Made by a program: the position numbers and the translations under genes. Positions 13,640-28,300 of a stretch of 64,000 bases of DNA are shown here, in pieces. This DNA comes from Styela clava. Lineage: Eukaryota. Under the pieces are notes generated by a model, which saw only the letters and a list, made by a program, of their open reading frames with translations, had not been told where the DNA came from and did no database searches. The DNA lies in the NCBI RefSeq assembly GCF_964204865.1, contig NC_135259.1:16926001-16990000 (forward strand), given 5' to 3'. Every line of letters starts with the position of its first letter. Position 1 is the first letter of the stretch.

Positions 13640-14385
13640 CTCTAGAATATATTCAGAATGACATGGGTTCTGTTTTTGGGACACCCTGTAAATAAAATGA
13701 AAATAAAATGCAAAGAGTATGTGTAGCCAAGTATGCATTGACAAATATGACACATGACACGAAACAGAAATACCAAACGTGCTGCTGTATAAAAAATATT
13801 TCAGTTTTTTCATATGGTAAATGGACAAGCAAGATTTTGATGCATAACAAGTCACAACATTGCTAAAAAATGTAGAATCCAGGCTAGTAGGCTTCCTCAC
13901 TCAAGCCTTGAGGGATAGTGGAGAGAATTAAGATTTCGACCCTTTCAGCAATGTCTGTAACAACTTTGTTTTCTTACTGAAATTGACCAATCAAAGAACA
14001 ACATTGAGTAATGAACATTGTGGCATTAGCATCTAAACCCCAGATTTAAATATCCAATTGCTTTAACCCCTAGGCCACTGTGATCATTAAAAAAATACTA
14101 TTATTCCTAAAAGTGGTTGTGCTCAAATGTTAGTGGTGTTGTCATGGAGTTGAAAGGGTATGAGGCATTGCAAAAAAAAATCCTCAAATCACATTAAATA
14201 TCAATGTGTTCTGACAGAAAATTGCAAAGTAAATATTGAAAGTGCAAGTGTGTGACTATAAATAGTAGAATTAATTTGCAATCAGGTTAAAATATTTCAA
14301 CACAGTGCAATTTCCAAGATACACCATGTTTTTCTCATGCTTAGTGAAACACACATCTTTGTACAAGAAATAATTGTGGGTTGAT

Positions 14386-17300
14386 TTACAGCTCTGCATG
14401 AGATTCAGAAATCGCAGTGAGACGCTCCAGGAAATTTGTGCTTGATTTTGTAACTTGACCAGATGAAGGAACAGGAGCTTTCTTGGCAGTGATGGTAGAT
14501 TTACCGATCGGGGGAAGGACTTGTTTTCTCGAATATGACCTGTCGTTGTCAAATTGGTAAAGGGACTTTGTGTTGCCAATCGATGATCTACCAATGCTGT
14601 TGCTATTTGTTGCATTGATTTCTGCTTCCACCATCATTGCTCTAACAGATTTTTCGACGCCGATTCTTTCAAGAAAAAACTCTTGTACCATAGACAATTT
14701 TTGTGTATAAGTCATATTGGTTATAGCCGGCCAGTGTCGCCTGTGTGCTTCCTGTGCCAAATTATCAATTCCCATTAAAATCTGACCTAATTCTCCTATC
14801 AACCTTCGCTTATTTTCATGAGAATTAGCTGCCTGCTGCTCAAGAATTTTATTCTTTTGTAATAGCTTTTCTTTCACCTTCTGTAGCGATGCGAGTTCGC
14901 TGTTGAACACTAACTTGAGTTTATTCGTCTCTTGGCGAAGGTCATCCAATTCTCGTTGTCCGTTTTCAATACTTGATATCAAAGAATGGTTTCGATCTAG
15001 CAATCCCCTGTGTTAGAAAATACCATTTTTAGTCATTTAGATCTATTTTTTCTTTTTGAGCTTTATCATATAGGTCACTAGGATAGGATAGAGCTGACAT
15101 GGGCAAACTACGGCCCGTGGGCCAAATCCTGCCCGTTGGGTAATTCAATATGGTCCGCCTGATGCTGCCACAATGAAACTAAAACCAAATGTTGATGTTT
15201 TAGCTGAAAAATAGTGCGAGGAATTTGTTGAGATTGCGATTAACTTCAGTTTTGGCACGAGGATTATTATTGTTTTTCCACTTTTGCTTTCGTAACACTA
15301 TAAATATTGTTCATAAAATGTAACTTTGTACGTCACACTTACATGGCCCGCCAGTCTAGGCCCCTGGTCTGGTCCAAAATCCGTGCCCACACCTGGGATA
15401 GAGGATTTACATATTTATCACAGAGGAGAGGGAAAGAGATAATACGGCTTAATCAAATGATAAACCATAGCGAACCACCAATTGAATTAACTTCTGGTAT
15501 CAAGGGAACCAGCAAGGAAGCCAGTAAGGCATAATATAAAGCCAAGAAGATATTCTTTAATGCATAATGGCTTTCATATTTCACTGGAAAGAGGAAAGCC
15601 AATAAGACGTCATATGGAAAATCATGGCATCTCGTCCAGTTACCAGTCCATGTTGAGTATGAGAATAGTTGACCAGCTGATTGTTACAGATTAGATAGGA
15701 TTTACATATTTATTCCAGGGGGAAGAAAAAGCTGATAAAAAAGGAATTAGTTGTAACAATGGACTCTCGTCTATTCACCAGTCCATGTTGTATAAGTGAA
15801 TAGTTAACTGGTTATTTGTTTCAGATGCATAGACTTAGTGCGGGAGAAAAAGATAATCCACCAGTAGTTACATCATTTACCCACCCTATAAAGGCGTGGA
15901 GCAATTCCCCACACATCATTATCTTTGAAATGTTATCGATGTTTTACCATAATAGGAACATATCATTTTAATCTCATTTTCAGCCATTTTATAAGGCTTA
16001 TAATGTCAAATTAGGCAGTAAAAAAACAACCATATTCTGGCTGCTGAAAAGTGGTTTAAAAAAAATTCAATAAAAATAGATAAAGAAGACAATCTTACTC
16101 ATTGGTTGCAGATAATCCTTCATGTCTTTGTATAACACCTTGTATCACAGAATCAGCACCCATCTCTAAATAATCTTCAGGCAATATATCAATAACTCTC
16201 ATCAAATAGGATTCGTAGATTTTATTCTGCACCAACCTGAATTTTCAAAATAAAATTTTCAGATGTGTGAAACCCTGATTCCCTTCTAGGTGATTTAGCT
16301 ACCATTTTATAAAAAATGGATATCTAGCAATTTTCTGGTCTTTTCAGAATGTAGTTGCTTTATACATATTAGTGGCAGCTTATAAAGAGCCCTGATCGTG
16401 GTGGAGCATAAATGAAACTATGAATTTCTGTTGCTTCCAATGTGAACTCAGTACTGCTATTAATCAATGATTGCATGACCAAATAGGTACCGGTGCCTAT
16501 TGTTTTCAGTGATGTCTCTTTTGCAGAGAAAACACGAAATTAATGTAATAAGAGTCAAATATGTTTTAAAATAGATGTTTTGTGATTTTGAATTATTATT
16601 GTTTAACAAACATTCTGGCAACAGATTAATTTGTTAACCAATTTTTGATAATTTGCTCATCTTCGGTTTGTATTACATTTGAAAAAAGAGGTGACCGTAC
16701 ATTTGAAACCAAGTACATTTGAACCATGTACATTTGTGTATATCCGCGGATTCAATCTATATGCGGGTGCTTAAACCCATGGGTTAGGGTTAGTATGGGT
16801 TCAATTCAAATATAGACCTTAATAATGCAATAGACCTTATTCATTAGAAACCAATCCTACGCGCAAAAAGAAAAGTGATGTAAAAAAACAATTTTAACAT
16901 TAGCTCTTATGGGGAATGTGATCACCAGAGCAGAAATTTGCATTTTTTTGGAATTTTCTAGATATGTTTCATTGTATACGTGAGTAGTTTTGAGGATAGA
17001 ATATTTTTTATCACGGCGCGTTGGCAGAATCTCATGGTCTAGTGAGAATGACGTCATCGGAATCACCGCGCTCATTAAAATTTTAATGAACGATTATCAA
17101 AAATCTTGACCATGTTTATCATGATAAAAATATCAAAAAAGATGTGAAAAATATTGTAAAAAATATTATTCAGATGTACGTGGTTCAAATTTACACAGGT
17201 TCGAATGTAATGGAACCGAAAAAAGATAATGAGAAATATGATAAATCTATACCTTCTCTTAAGTGACTCTCGTTGTTTTGTCAATGTTTCCAATTCTCTG

Positions 17301-18229
17301 TTAAGTTGAGAAAGCTCTCGACTTTTAAGTTTGTTATTTTTCACTTCTTGTTGATATTTTCTCAAAGCACGATTTCTTTTCGCTTCATTCTCTTTTAAGA
17401 AACGATCAAACTTTGTAACTCTTTCTTTAATTTTTTGTTGTTTCATTTTCAAAGCTTCCTCCTTAGCTTTGCAGACCTTCAATAATAAAAATGTAACAAC
17501 TATTAGGTTTCACTGGTCAATCCTCATTCTCAACTTTCCATAGATTTGAATTTATAATAATAGTAAAACAAATAGATTTCATAATGAGTTTTAAACCTGA
17601 CATTCTGTAATTCTTCCCTGCAATAACGATACCCATTTTAAACCCAGTTAACCAAGCTTATATCAAAAAATTTAAAATTTATCAATTAGGGCATATCTAA
17701 TTTATTACGCTACTCATAAATGAAAATGGTATTTGGTCAAATACAGATGATGTTCGGACTAGATGGTGGAGGAAGCCTAACCAACCAGCAGTTACGCAAA
17801 GAGTCGAGCAATCCTCTCACAAATATTATACTCTACTGGATTCAAACTGTGAGATCATGCAGGAAAATCAAAGTTACATGGCATGCGTATTCCTAACACT
17901 TACTATCGAGCGATTGGTTTTTGTAATTGAATCTGAAATTGAAGGACATGAAAACTAACCTCCATCCTTTGACGGAATTCTTCTCTTTTTTCCGCAAGTT
18001 CACGATCGACATGTTCAACATCAACTGCTTGTCGAAGCAATGAAGTGCTCTGTAGTGTGTTAATCCCAGATTGCAGTAACTTATCCGCTGAATCTTTGAC
18101 AATCGGAAATCGCCGAATATCGTCATTTTCCGACCTATCATTCAACTGCGTAACAAACACATTTTCTTTCTGCGGTTGAAGATCTAGATGATATTGGCTA
18201 CTGCTACTCGCAGCAGCAGTGATAGGCAT
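14386..18229 (-). CDS. CCDC197: DUF4200 coiled-coil protein, CCDC197-like (CCDC42/CFAP73 family), 417 aa; exons 18229-17960, 17476-17253, 16236-16099, 15007-14386
   Basis: GT-AG exons join in frame (1254 nt). KFDRFLKENEAKRNRALRKY is the DUF4200 core; NVFVTQL, SGINTLQ and YESYLMRVIDILPE resemble the CCDC197 subfamily as I recall it. Confidence 0.8.
15397..15900 (-). mobile_element. Three stacked degenerate SINE 3' fragments in CCDC197 intron 3
   Basis: Repeated ggatttacatattta(t)c...ggaaag matching the reverse complement of the SINE tail at 34300-34347. Confidence 0.6.
16690..17217. mobile_element. MITE with 9-bp TSD (MULE/Merlin-like)
   Basis: Termini ggtgaccgtacatttgaa...ttcgaatgtaatggaacc; TSD gaaaaaaga; same family as 32229-32402. 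Confidence 0.75.
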
Positions 18230-18787
18230 TGTTTTGATTAAACTAAACCTGTGTATGCTGAATCTGAATTAAAAGTAATAACCTGATTTTTTATAACTTA
18301 AAATACACAAATCATATTAGCTTGATACAGGGTCCAAAACTTCTAGACAAAACCCTTAGACAATCTGTCAAAATATTGAGATAAGCAAACATTCATTCAT
18401 TTTGTCGAAGTGAAAGTTTCCGAGAATACCGGTACTTCAAGACCGAGGAAACGTGAACCTGGTGGCGTTGAAACTACATTGCATCAGAATTGGCCAAAAG
18501 CAATCTGCATAATCCTGTTATCTGAGAATTGAAGTAGACTACGTACCGTAGAGGGTACCTACCCGGTACTCTGTCAGTTTCTCAGTCAGCCAGTGATAAG
18601 TGCTGTAGCACGCCATGCTTTGGTAAAATTTTTCAGTGGTTCAAAACTTTCTAGGAATATTTAGCATTTTTCCATTAGTTTCTAGTGTATTTTATTTGTT
18701 TAATGACTAAAAGACAGGGTTTTCAAAATAAACTAGAGCTACCTGTCAAAGGCGAATCTCTCAGAGCTGACGCTGTGACGACACGTC

Positions 18788-18801
18788 GTTGCCATGAATA
18801 C
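18788..18801. promoter_or_regulatory. Candidate RFX X-box upstream of the CCDC197-like gene
   Basis: GTTGCCATGAATAC resembles the X-box GTTGCCATGGCAAC, ~560 bp upstream of the ATG. Confidence 0.4.
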
Positions 18802-21079
18802 GTCAAGCATGTCAACTTTATCGCCCGCGTTGCCAGATCGAAATCTTTCCATTACGAATGAAATGTCAGCAATGCACATTATTTTATGACTTTTGCTCAA
18901 AAATAAGCGTACTGATGGTTATAATTTGCACTTAAACCGGTGCCGTTTATTTTTATGGATCATGTAGGCCTACCGGTAATATCACGCAGAAAATATTCGC
19001 TAGGTTTATTTCTCCACGAATAGCCGGTGATGCTTTCCTGTTTTTCAATGTTGCCATTTTCGACACAAATGGATTTTCATGTTGTAATTGTTGTGTTTAC
19101 GTTTGAAATGTAAGCATCATTGTATAATTAGTATTTGATTTTATTACAAAATTCACATGGGTATTAATTGTTGCTGTGGAGATGTCAGTACGTAACAATA
19201 AACAGAAGACTTGTGCACTCCAAGTTAATGGGGACATAAGCCTATGGTTATTGGGGTATTTCACAGAACGAGATTTCCCGATAGGCAGATTTATCAAATA
19301 AAATACGTTGACAAGAGTAATCATCTGCATTAAATAAGTGCAAATAATCACCGGCGCGACTCATGAGACCTTCCAAATCATGTTGTCGAAAATCAAATTT
19401 ATTCCGAAATTACTACAGCTTAGGTAATTCTCAGTTTGATGCAGGTTTCAAGTATTTTGCGAAAAAAAAATGTTTTATTCTTAGAATCTCTGCAATCATT
19501 TTAACCATATGAACTTTCCCAGATTTTAACAGACCAAGCGAGCTCATCAATGATACCTTTTTATAGGGAATATTTCCAATGACACAGATTATATCAAATA
19601 TTTGATCCCTATAATAACGAGAAAGTGTTTTATTCAATTTTAAAGTTGAATCATGCTTGGTTGGCGTTGAACATGATCATATGATAAAATGAAAAAGGTG
19701 CGATTAACATCACAAAAAAGTATTGCGGAATAATTCAAGAGATCTTGCGTGAAAGCAAATCACGTGCACCCAGAAGTAGAAGTCTCATCTCCGAGCAAAG
19801 TAACCTCCGACCACTGAAATTTAAAATCGACTGGAACTATAGTGAATCATAGTAGTGCAAAAAGCGCCAGTAAATGCCAATTTATTCTATTCAGAAGAAA
19901 GTCGCAACAGTTTATTTTATCGTATAATATTTTAGTTTAGGAAAAGCTTCTCGTCTGACAATCAAATATCTTCACTGATATCTGTAAACGCGCTTCCTGT
20001 GCCCGCTGCTTTACCCCCACTCAACGCAAATATCAATGACCACACATATGCAAATCTAGGATATGAAGCTTACATATCTTTTGACATCAAAAGCACCATG
20101 CATAATAAAAATGTTACTCTATACAAGCCCACAGCAGTTATGTTTACAATATTCACTTACGAAGCATTGAACGCTTCGTCTGTATATAATTATTTTTACC
20201 AAGAAAATCACTTATGCCTCAATTTCTTTCAGACTATTTTAAACGTGAAGCTACAACTGAAAATAGATGAGTGGCAATTTGACAGGCATATGGCAACAGA
20301 ATGGTTGGTGATGTACAGGGGCTCATACAAAGCCATTCATTGAAGAAGTTTAAACAGTAAAATCGGGAAATAATGACAACAAAGAAAGTACAATGAAAGA
20401 TTAACGTAGAGGCGTTGCTAGATTATTGAATATGGATAAATTCAGTGCAAAATGCAACAAACTGTGAACATTCGAAGAATATAATTGTTTGAAACACGCT
20501 AACCCGTACCCAACAACGGCATTGGTATTATACGCCGATGAAGCGAAGAAATAGGAGTATTTGCTAGTAATATTTGGAGCATTCCATCATGAGCTAATAA
20601 TGATCATATATTTTCCACAAAACAAAAGCGTGAAAACTTATTTAAGGTCAACTCTGTTATTGGTTTGCTTGTTGCGTAACATTTCCATATCGAACGCAAT
20701 CGGAGAATCAGTCAAAATGCTCAATTATTTAGTGATCGCACGGAAGGTTCGCTAAAGGCTATTTACGCCATTGCATCTAGACAACGAAACACAGCGGGTT
20801 TTCTATAAATATTGATTCTCCGATTTTTCTCATAGTCTAGAAATGTTGAAGAATTGTTGAGATTAGAATATCTTCAAAAAAAACAACATTAGAAGAAAGT
20901 TTGATTTCAAGAAAATTACTGCATGTAAACGGGACAAAAAATATGCTAACGACAATGCATTTGAATTTTGGGAGTACGCAAACTTTTTAAATAAATTTAA
21001 ATTCAAATCTCAATATCGAAACTGTGAGTATATATGTGAAAATGTAATTCAATCTACAACATAAATTGGCGACATTTAA

Positions 21080-21755
21080 CCCTTTCCATGCGATTTTTAT
21101 TTTTTATAAAATAATCGTATTTGCTACGCCGACTTTATGCATTTGTACCCCCACAACTAATCGATCGGCTAACGAAAAAGTAATGATCCTCTGCTGCTCA
21201 CTGACGGCTCGTTGGAAAGCTTATTTAAAGAGCTTGCAATTAGCGATTGAAAAAAAAAAATTTTTTTAAAAGGGGTGGTCTGAGTCACAAACCGGATAGA
21301 AAAAAGGCATTTCTTTTTTCTTGGGTGTTGAAACTTCAAACCGTGATAAAAAATAGAAATATTCGCTAAATCCTTCACTGTTACCGCTTCTTGGTTGGCA
21401 AACAATAGCATAATATTGCTGTAGCAATTTCGTTATCTAACTCAAAATACTTTGGTAGATGGAAGGGATAATATGTCTTCTATTACCACCCAAAAAACAC
21501 CGAAATTTGCATAAATTTCAAAAACACTCCCTCGTTCCGCCGCAAATAAAATTCCCATGGTAAACGAAAGCGAGATTTACCTTCGCTTATGTTAATCTTG
21601 AAGAAGACTTCTTATCAATAAACTAAAACCCGGAAAAACTAGACCAACAGTTTGCGACCGATTGCTAAATAAAACAGTGGAGTACATCAACGTACCCGCC
21701 GCAATCTAGCGAGTTTTGTCGTGGGTACGTATACGTGCCCACCGCACGGAAAGGG
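21080..21755. mobile_element. Non-autonomous piggyBac-type element
   Basis: TTAA|ccctttccatgcg...cgcacggaaaggg|TTAA. Confidence 0.85.
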
Positions 21756-22341
21756 TTAAGATAAATTTACAAAAATAAATATGCATGTTAAAATACATTG
21801 TATAAATGCAAGGAAACAGAAAGACAACAGTGCGATTAAGTATAGATTAAATGATTGCAATAAATGATAAACGATTCACCTCTAATTGAAAAGATCTTTT
21901 CAATTTCAAGGATATAACATTTTTATTATGGATCAGGTGTGGCAAATTATGTGCAATACAAATAGCGAGGCATTGATAAAAGTGGCCAATCAGGAATATT
22001 TGTAAATCGAAATGTAACGTTACTCTATACCGATGCCAGATGTCACAGCCGTAGAAGTTAATTGGACCAAATTCTGGTTTAAAGTGAACTATCTATATCC
22101 AACACCAACTTCAATACCTTTTAATCGTTTTTGATAATTTATATGAATAAATTTTAAATCATGTATGCCAAGTAGGATTACATAGCCTTTGTTCGTCGCG
22201 TATGATTTAAATATAAGCAGTATTAAAATTATGCAATCATTAATTTTCAGATGTGATAAATTTGTGAATCGTCGCCGAGAGCACATGTGTCTGTACTAGG
22301 ATATTTATCCAGTTTAGGTTTGTTTTCGAATAAAATAATTT

Positions 22342-25300
22342 TCACTGTATGCTGCAACTTTCAGTGGCGGTTGAAACTTTTTCTTGTAACTCGCCAAACG
22401 CTTTCTCGGCTTGATTTAATAAAGCTGAAAAAAAAAAGTATATTTAAAAATAGTTATGTGCTAACACTGATTTTGATTACAGAAATTGTAGATTTTGTTG
22501 TGTATTTCCTTCTTCATGATAAAACGTACGGTATGTCTCATTCCTAAAGCGATAAGCGAAGTTTCTTGCTTATGTATGGTTGTACATTTTCCGCCAAATA
22601 TGGACATCTGTTTGATTTGGGCCCCCATAGTGATAAGTAATTTAAACTGTTAAAAATAACTTCTATTAGAGCATTAAAGTGAGAGACCTAGTTTGGTACT
22701 CAGAATAGTCAGTTGACGGCATTTTGAAAAATTCAGCTGGATTGCAGCAGTAGTCTTTCATTATTTAACATTGCAATTTTACTACGATAGAATAGTTTGA
22801 AATGTTTTCATCAAATTTGAGTGCAGTGGCGTATCTAGGGTATGGCATCAATGGCTCGTGCCATGGGCGCCGTTTGGATAAGGAGCGAAATGTTTTATTA
22901 GTAAAATGTTTCCATAAAATATTTTAAACGGCAAATGGCCACATTTTCTAAACTTTGTCATGGGCGCCATTTAACGTAGATACGCCACTGTTTGAGTGGC
23001 ATATGTTATGTTCTAAAGTTTAGCGCGAAATGATTTTTTGCAAAGTGCTTTGTATATTTTATAAAAATAATAGTTAAAAAAAACATTGCAAAATAACATT
23101 AAATGTATTCATACTTTCTTCTTCTGGTTCTGCGGTAGAATCTCCTTCTTGTGGAATTGATTTATTTCTCGTTAATCTTCCCGCCGTCTCTCTTTCTCTC
23201 GCTGCTGCTTCTTCCGCTTCGATTTGATCTTTTCTTTTCAAACCATACTAAATTAAGATAAATTTGTTATATTTTGTAATTTTAATAACCTCTTTTATAA
23301 TCATCACTGGTACAAGGAAAATTGGAGGAGAGTTTTCATGTTTATTCCGAGGAGATATATTCAGAAGGACAACGGCCTCCAGTCCGAACACGAGGGAGAG
23401 TTCCAGATTCATAGACATGTTTGATGAAGGAAGTTGTAGCCGATTACTATTCCGCGGCAAGAAGTCTAAGCCAGAACAAACCCGTTACAGGTAACAAACT
23501 CGAATAAGACGAAAACTTGCTGAGACGTCTAGGGTAATAGGCGCGGCGCGATAAAATCGATATCCGTCAAGAATCGGTTTAATGCTTTGGAAATTATAGG
23601 AAATTGTACGTTTAAGCTGTCAGAGCTATGATATCCTACTTCCTAAATAAATTCTTACTGATTTTTACTCTAAATATGTATTTTCATGTCTTTGGCTGCT
23701 GGCTGTGTATGTTTGTTGCTCAACATAAAAAATGAATTTCGTTTCTGAAATTATTAATTTCAACAAAGCACTTTAGATAATTCGAGTGCAGTTATTAAAA
23801 TTTTTTCGATCATTGATTTCTCAATAATTTCCCGCGAATAAAACATTATCCATCTTTCAAAGACGCGTGAATAAAATTACATCAAAGCACCGAATCGATC
23901 CATCAACTTATTGATTTCTAAGTCAATGTTAGGTCGATTACAGCATATGTTATAATTTCGATCAAAATAATTACATAATGATAAAAAGTGTTGAGTGTTG
24001 TTCGAATACGCGTATATGACTTCATAAATGCAATACAAAATGTATTTTCTTGTATATATATAAAGGATCAACCGAAATAAAAGAATACCAAATAAAGCTT
24101 ATGTGAAGAGTGTTTCATCTGAGTTGGCGCGTGGAACATAACTAAATTGAAGTGGCAGGTTATACTCTCGGCTTTACCCAACCACCCAAGTTGTTACGAA
24201 ATGGGTAGACTATACGCTAATTGAAAAAAATTGTTCGTTTTTTAAGAAAGAATATGGCAGGGCATTACATATTACTAGATGCTCGCGTAGAGCTTTGTTT
24301 ACAGCAAGATTTTGAAAGACCTTGTAAATGTCTGCAATCGGGACCTTGATAGCAGTGCAACAATCAATGTGGTTAAATGTTTTGCTTGCCTTATCTCTTA
24401 TTCTCTGACGTTCAATTTCTCTTTCTTGTTCCACTTTCACATGCTTAGCTTTCCTTTCCGCTTCTTGCTCTTCTAGTGCTTCAAGTTGTTCGCGTTCCGC
24501 TTCCGCTTGTTTTGGATCAACCTCCTTTTTTTCGTCCATAAGTTTGTTAAGATCTTTTGTTGCACCTTGATAAAACGTAAAGAAAGGTGTAATAAAGGGG
24601 GAATATTTAGTGATAACGGTGCCATAACAAAGAATGAACTGGTGATAAGATTTAAATATTTCATTTTGCCATGCATGAAACATTGTTAACAAATAATAAT
24701 AAATAAAATTTACGCAATGATTCGTAATTGACGAGGAGTCGCGAAGGCTACAAGTTCATCTTTTCAGCGACACTTACTCGTATATGCTGAATTACAGCAG
24801 CAGATATAGAAATGAAATTGGGTTTATAACATACGGTACAATGCTAAACAACAATGATAAATTATAAACGAGAATATCGGTCGGAGACCGAAGACTTATC
24901 GATCGAACTTCATGACTCTATAGTGACACCGCGTGTCCCATCACTAATTAATTAATAACTCGCTAATTATACTACATAATTCATCCAAAATCAATAGGCT
25001 TATGGTCCGAGATTTGATGAATGCACATTCGCTCGCTTGGAGCAGATTCAACCTTGCCTTCGTGAGATACCGCGTTCATCTAACAGACAAACAGACAAAT
25101 ACCTATCAACATACTTACCAATCTTAAGATCGAGTATAGAAAGTAATACAACCCTTCTTGTTATAAGAAAAGTCTAATTAGGTAAAAGTTGCATCAACTA
25201 ATACCGATATAATGCAAATTAAATAACGTTTTTACTGAGATAACGATTACTGATCCGAACATAAACATATTGTATACCGGTATACATGATTAAATAAATA

Positions 25301-28300
25301 CCGCAGTGAGAAGAGCGCTTCTGAAGTGTGTGTACAAATATGGTAACTAATTTTGTTCGTCTACTTTACATCAAGTTGTGTAAAGGGACTGACACCTATG
25401 AACAGGGGGTATATTCACTTGGCTAACATAGGCAGTCCCCGAACTCGTAATAGGACTGAAATTTAAAAAAAAATGGAATAAAATTATGGCCTAACGGTCT
25501 AACCCTAACCTGGTAGTTACACATACTACGGGAGTACCGTGAGAAGTGACACCTAAGGGTAGTTATTAAAAAAATCATCATCGAACAATCAGACTGAGGT
25601 AGGGACAATTATTTTTAACAATCAGTTTATGAAATTTACACTCCATTTTTTTAAGTAGATCTCTCACTTCGCGATATGTTTTCTCTTTCTTGGGATATTC
25701 ATTGATTTTAGCGATGCATAATCAGATAAAAGGTGGAAACACCAAAGCTGTGATTTCCCAAAGGGGAATATTTTGCGCTCACTACAACGATAGTTTTAAT
25801 TCCCAAATGCACGTGTTACAGGTGTGCGCGTGTAAGGTGTGTATGGCATATTTGCATAAAGGTTTATTTTTCAAAAACTAGGAATTTTTTGAAACACGGA
25901 TGTATGTCAAATGCTCAAACAACCTAGTCCTAGACAATGAGCGCAATTTCTATTTTCATGATAGTGAAAAAACATTACCCGAAAGAGAAAACCATGTCGA
26001 TTTACAACTCAACATGAAAGTTAAACCAGATTTGGTCAATCTGATACTTTGATGGTTCATTGCCTGGTGCTCCTGAAGTATTCGAATCAAGATGGCGCAC
26101 AACCTGAACATGGTATGTGTACCAGTATGGGGTTGTTCAGGTTGTGCGTCATCTTGGTTCAAATACTTCCGGAGCGCCCATTGCCTTATGAACACACGAA
26201 TATTATTTTTTAAATTTGAAACCTCGATATATTTTGGTTGAACCTAAGAACGATAGATTTTAGAGCTAAAATAAGCACAAGTTTAATTAAAAAAAAAATC
26301 AAATGAGAGCCTCATACTATTCATAAGTCATATACGAGCACACTGCGAAGCGTATGTCAATATCTTTAAACTTTAACGAGCACGGCAAATCATGTATAAA
26401 CTCAAGAAAAATTATTTACGTATAAGAAGGTATGCCAGCCAAACTGGTACAAAGAATACACTTTAGATAAGGTAATTACTCGCAATTGACGAGAAGAATG
26501 TTCTGATAGGTGAATAATAAAAATGCTTGATTCAACTCAAAGTATTAAATAATACAAGTGTCATTGTTCATTGTTTGGTTAATTTAATCCCTTCCTCTGC
26601 TCGGTTACAACACTTGTTTTGCAAAGATGACAAAAAACGGTGTGATAAAACCATGTTTGAATAGGTCTTTTGTAAAATAGCATAATAGTAATGTTTGAGA
26701 CAGAAAATGGAATTGTACAAAATATTTATTCTTCAAGTCTGGTCATACACAGCTACAAATACCGGTATAGAAAGGTAAATTTACAGTATTTCTAATAATA
26801 CGCACAATTTCTCGAAAATCATTTCACTTTGGAGAGATGTCAAAATAAAAGGGTGTGAAGAAGGTGTGTCCGTGTTGTTATTGCATTCGAAAGTATTTGT
26901 GACAGACTATGCACGTCGTTGCGTAAATGGGCTTAGATGTGAATCGAAAGGAAACTTGCCACAAAAAATATTAATTTTTTTTATAGACAGTCAATGGAAA
27001 GATGAATGAAACAAACAGTTTAGTCTTCCACAAAATCAAAAGAATGCCGTTCAGCGGGTTTCGGAGGACAACACGCTTACATCTTGACCCATTCTTTCAA
27101 TTGAATTTGGCCTATGGTTTGGATGAAAATACAGTTTTTCAAAATACAAAAGTCCAAAGACAAGCCCAGCATGAAAAAATGCGCGTGGGGTCATAAATCG
27201 ATGAAATTTTATTGAAAACATGCTCCTTGTATTTGGCTATAATAACGCCAGCAATTTATCCGTATTTTCTTAGGATGTCAAGTCCTGACGACGCCTCCTG
27301 ATCAAACATATTAATATTTACGACCAAATGAAAATAGAGCCGGTGTGTGGTGGAATTTACCCGCAGTTAATTTAGCAACAACATATTTACCTAGAACTCT
27401 ATATTTTTAGCCATACTCAAAAAATCGGCAAATAAATGATTTTTTGCAGTAGTTACGTTGGTATTAAACTGCTTTGATCTAGTGCCGCGAATGATTGATA
27501 TTTATAGATCACTTTTGCATTTGTAATTATGGTATCATGTCCGTTTAAAACTTGTTGGATTTGGTTGAAATAAACCGATTAGAACCTAAAATATGGATCT
27601 AATTTCAGTAACCGTCGAACAGTCAATATACTTGAGGCGGCGCGCAGTTTTAAAGTCTTATTCGAGACGGCGTATATAACTGTACAAATATTTTCTCACA
27701 GGGTCATTAATTAGTAAATGGGTCTCTGAACAGGATGTCTGGTTTATGTGGAGCGAATGTCATTTTTTAAGATGCATTTCTATGAATAATTTAGTTCGTG
27801 AAAAGCAAGCGCCTTTTACCAATCAAAAATTATTACCTTTTTCTCGTCGCCGAGCTTGGGCCGACAGTTTCATAATGTAATGAAGTTGTTGTTAATATGC
27901 CGTCATTTTAGAATTCTAGGTTTCCATTCTTTCGCATTTCGGCTATTTACCAAGTACAGAGAAATGTTTTATAAGCATTTAGTCGGCAGAGAAACAATTC
28001 ACTTAAAAGTAAGAGCAATAAAGTGAACGCCTCTCAAAAACAATCTCATGGATTTCACAATGATATATAGAAGTCAGACTATATCCCAAGTTTATCTCGT
28101 GAAATGAGCAATAATACAACCGAATACTACTCTTTCCAAATTGCCAAACTTTTTTGTTTATTGTAGAAAAATTCCATATGCCTCAGAAATTGTCGCATTT
28201 TATCAAAAAATATATATATATTTAGAAAAGACGCGCCTAATGCAGAAAGAACCGCAGCATTGGAATTAATGAATCATCGTTTATTTTGTAATCAACAGTT

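Noticed and set aside
23248-23494. Overlapping ORFs in complexin intron 2, one in frame with exon 3
   Set aside because: It ends at the acceptor TAG, would need a ~42-nt intron and has no recognisable homology.
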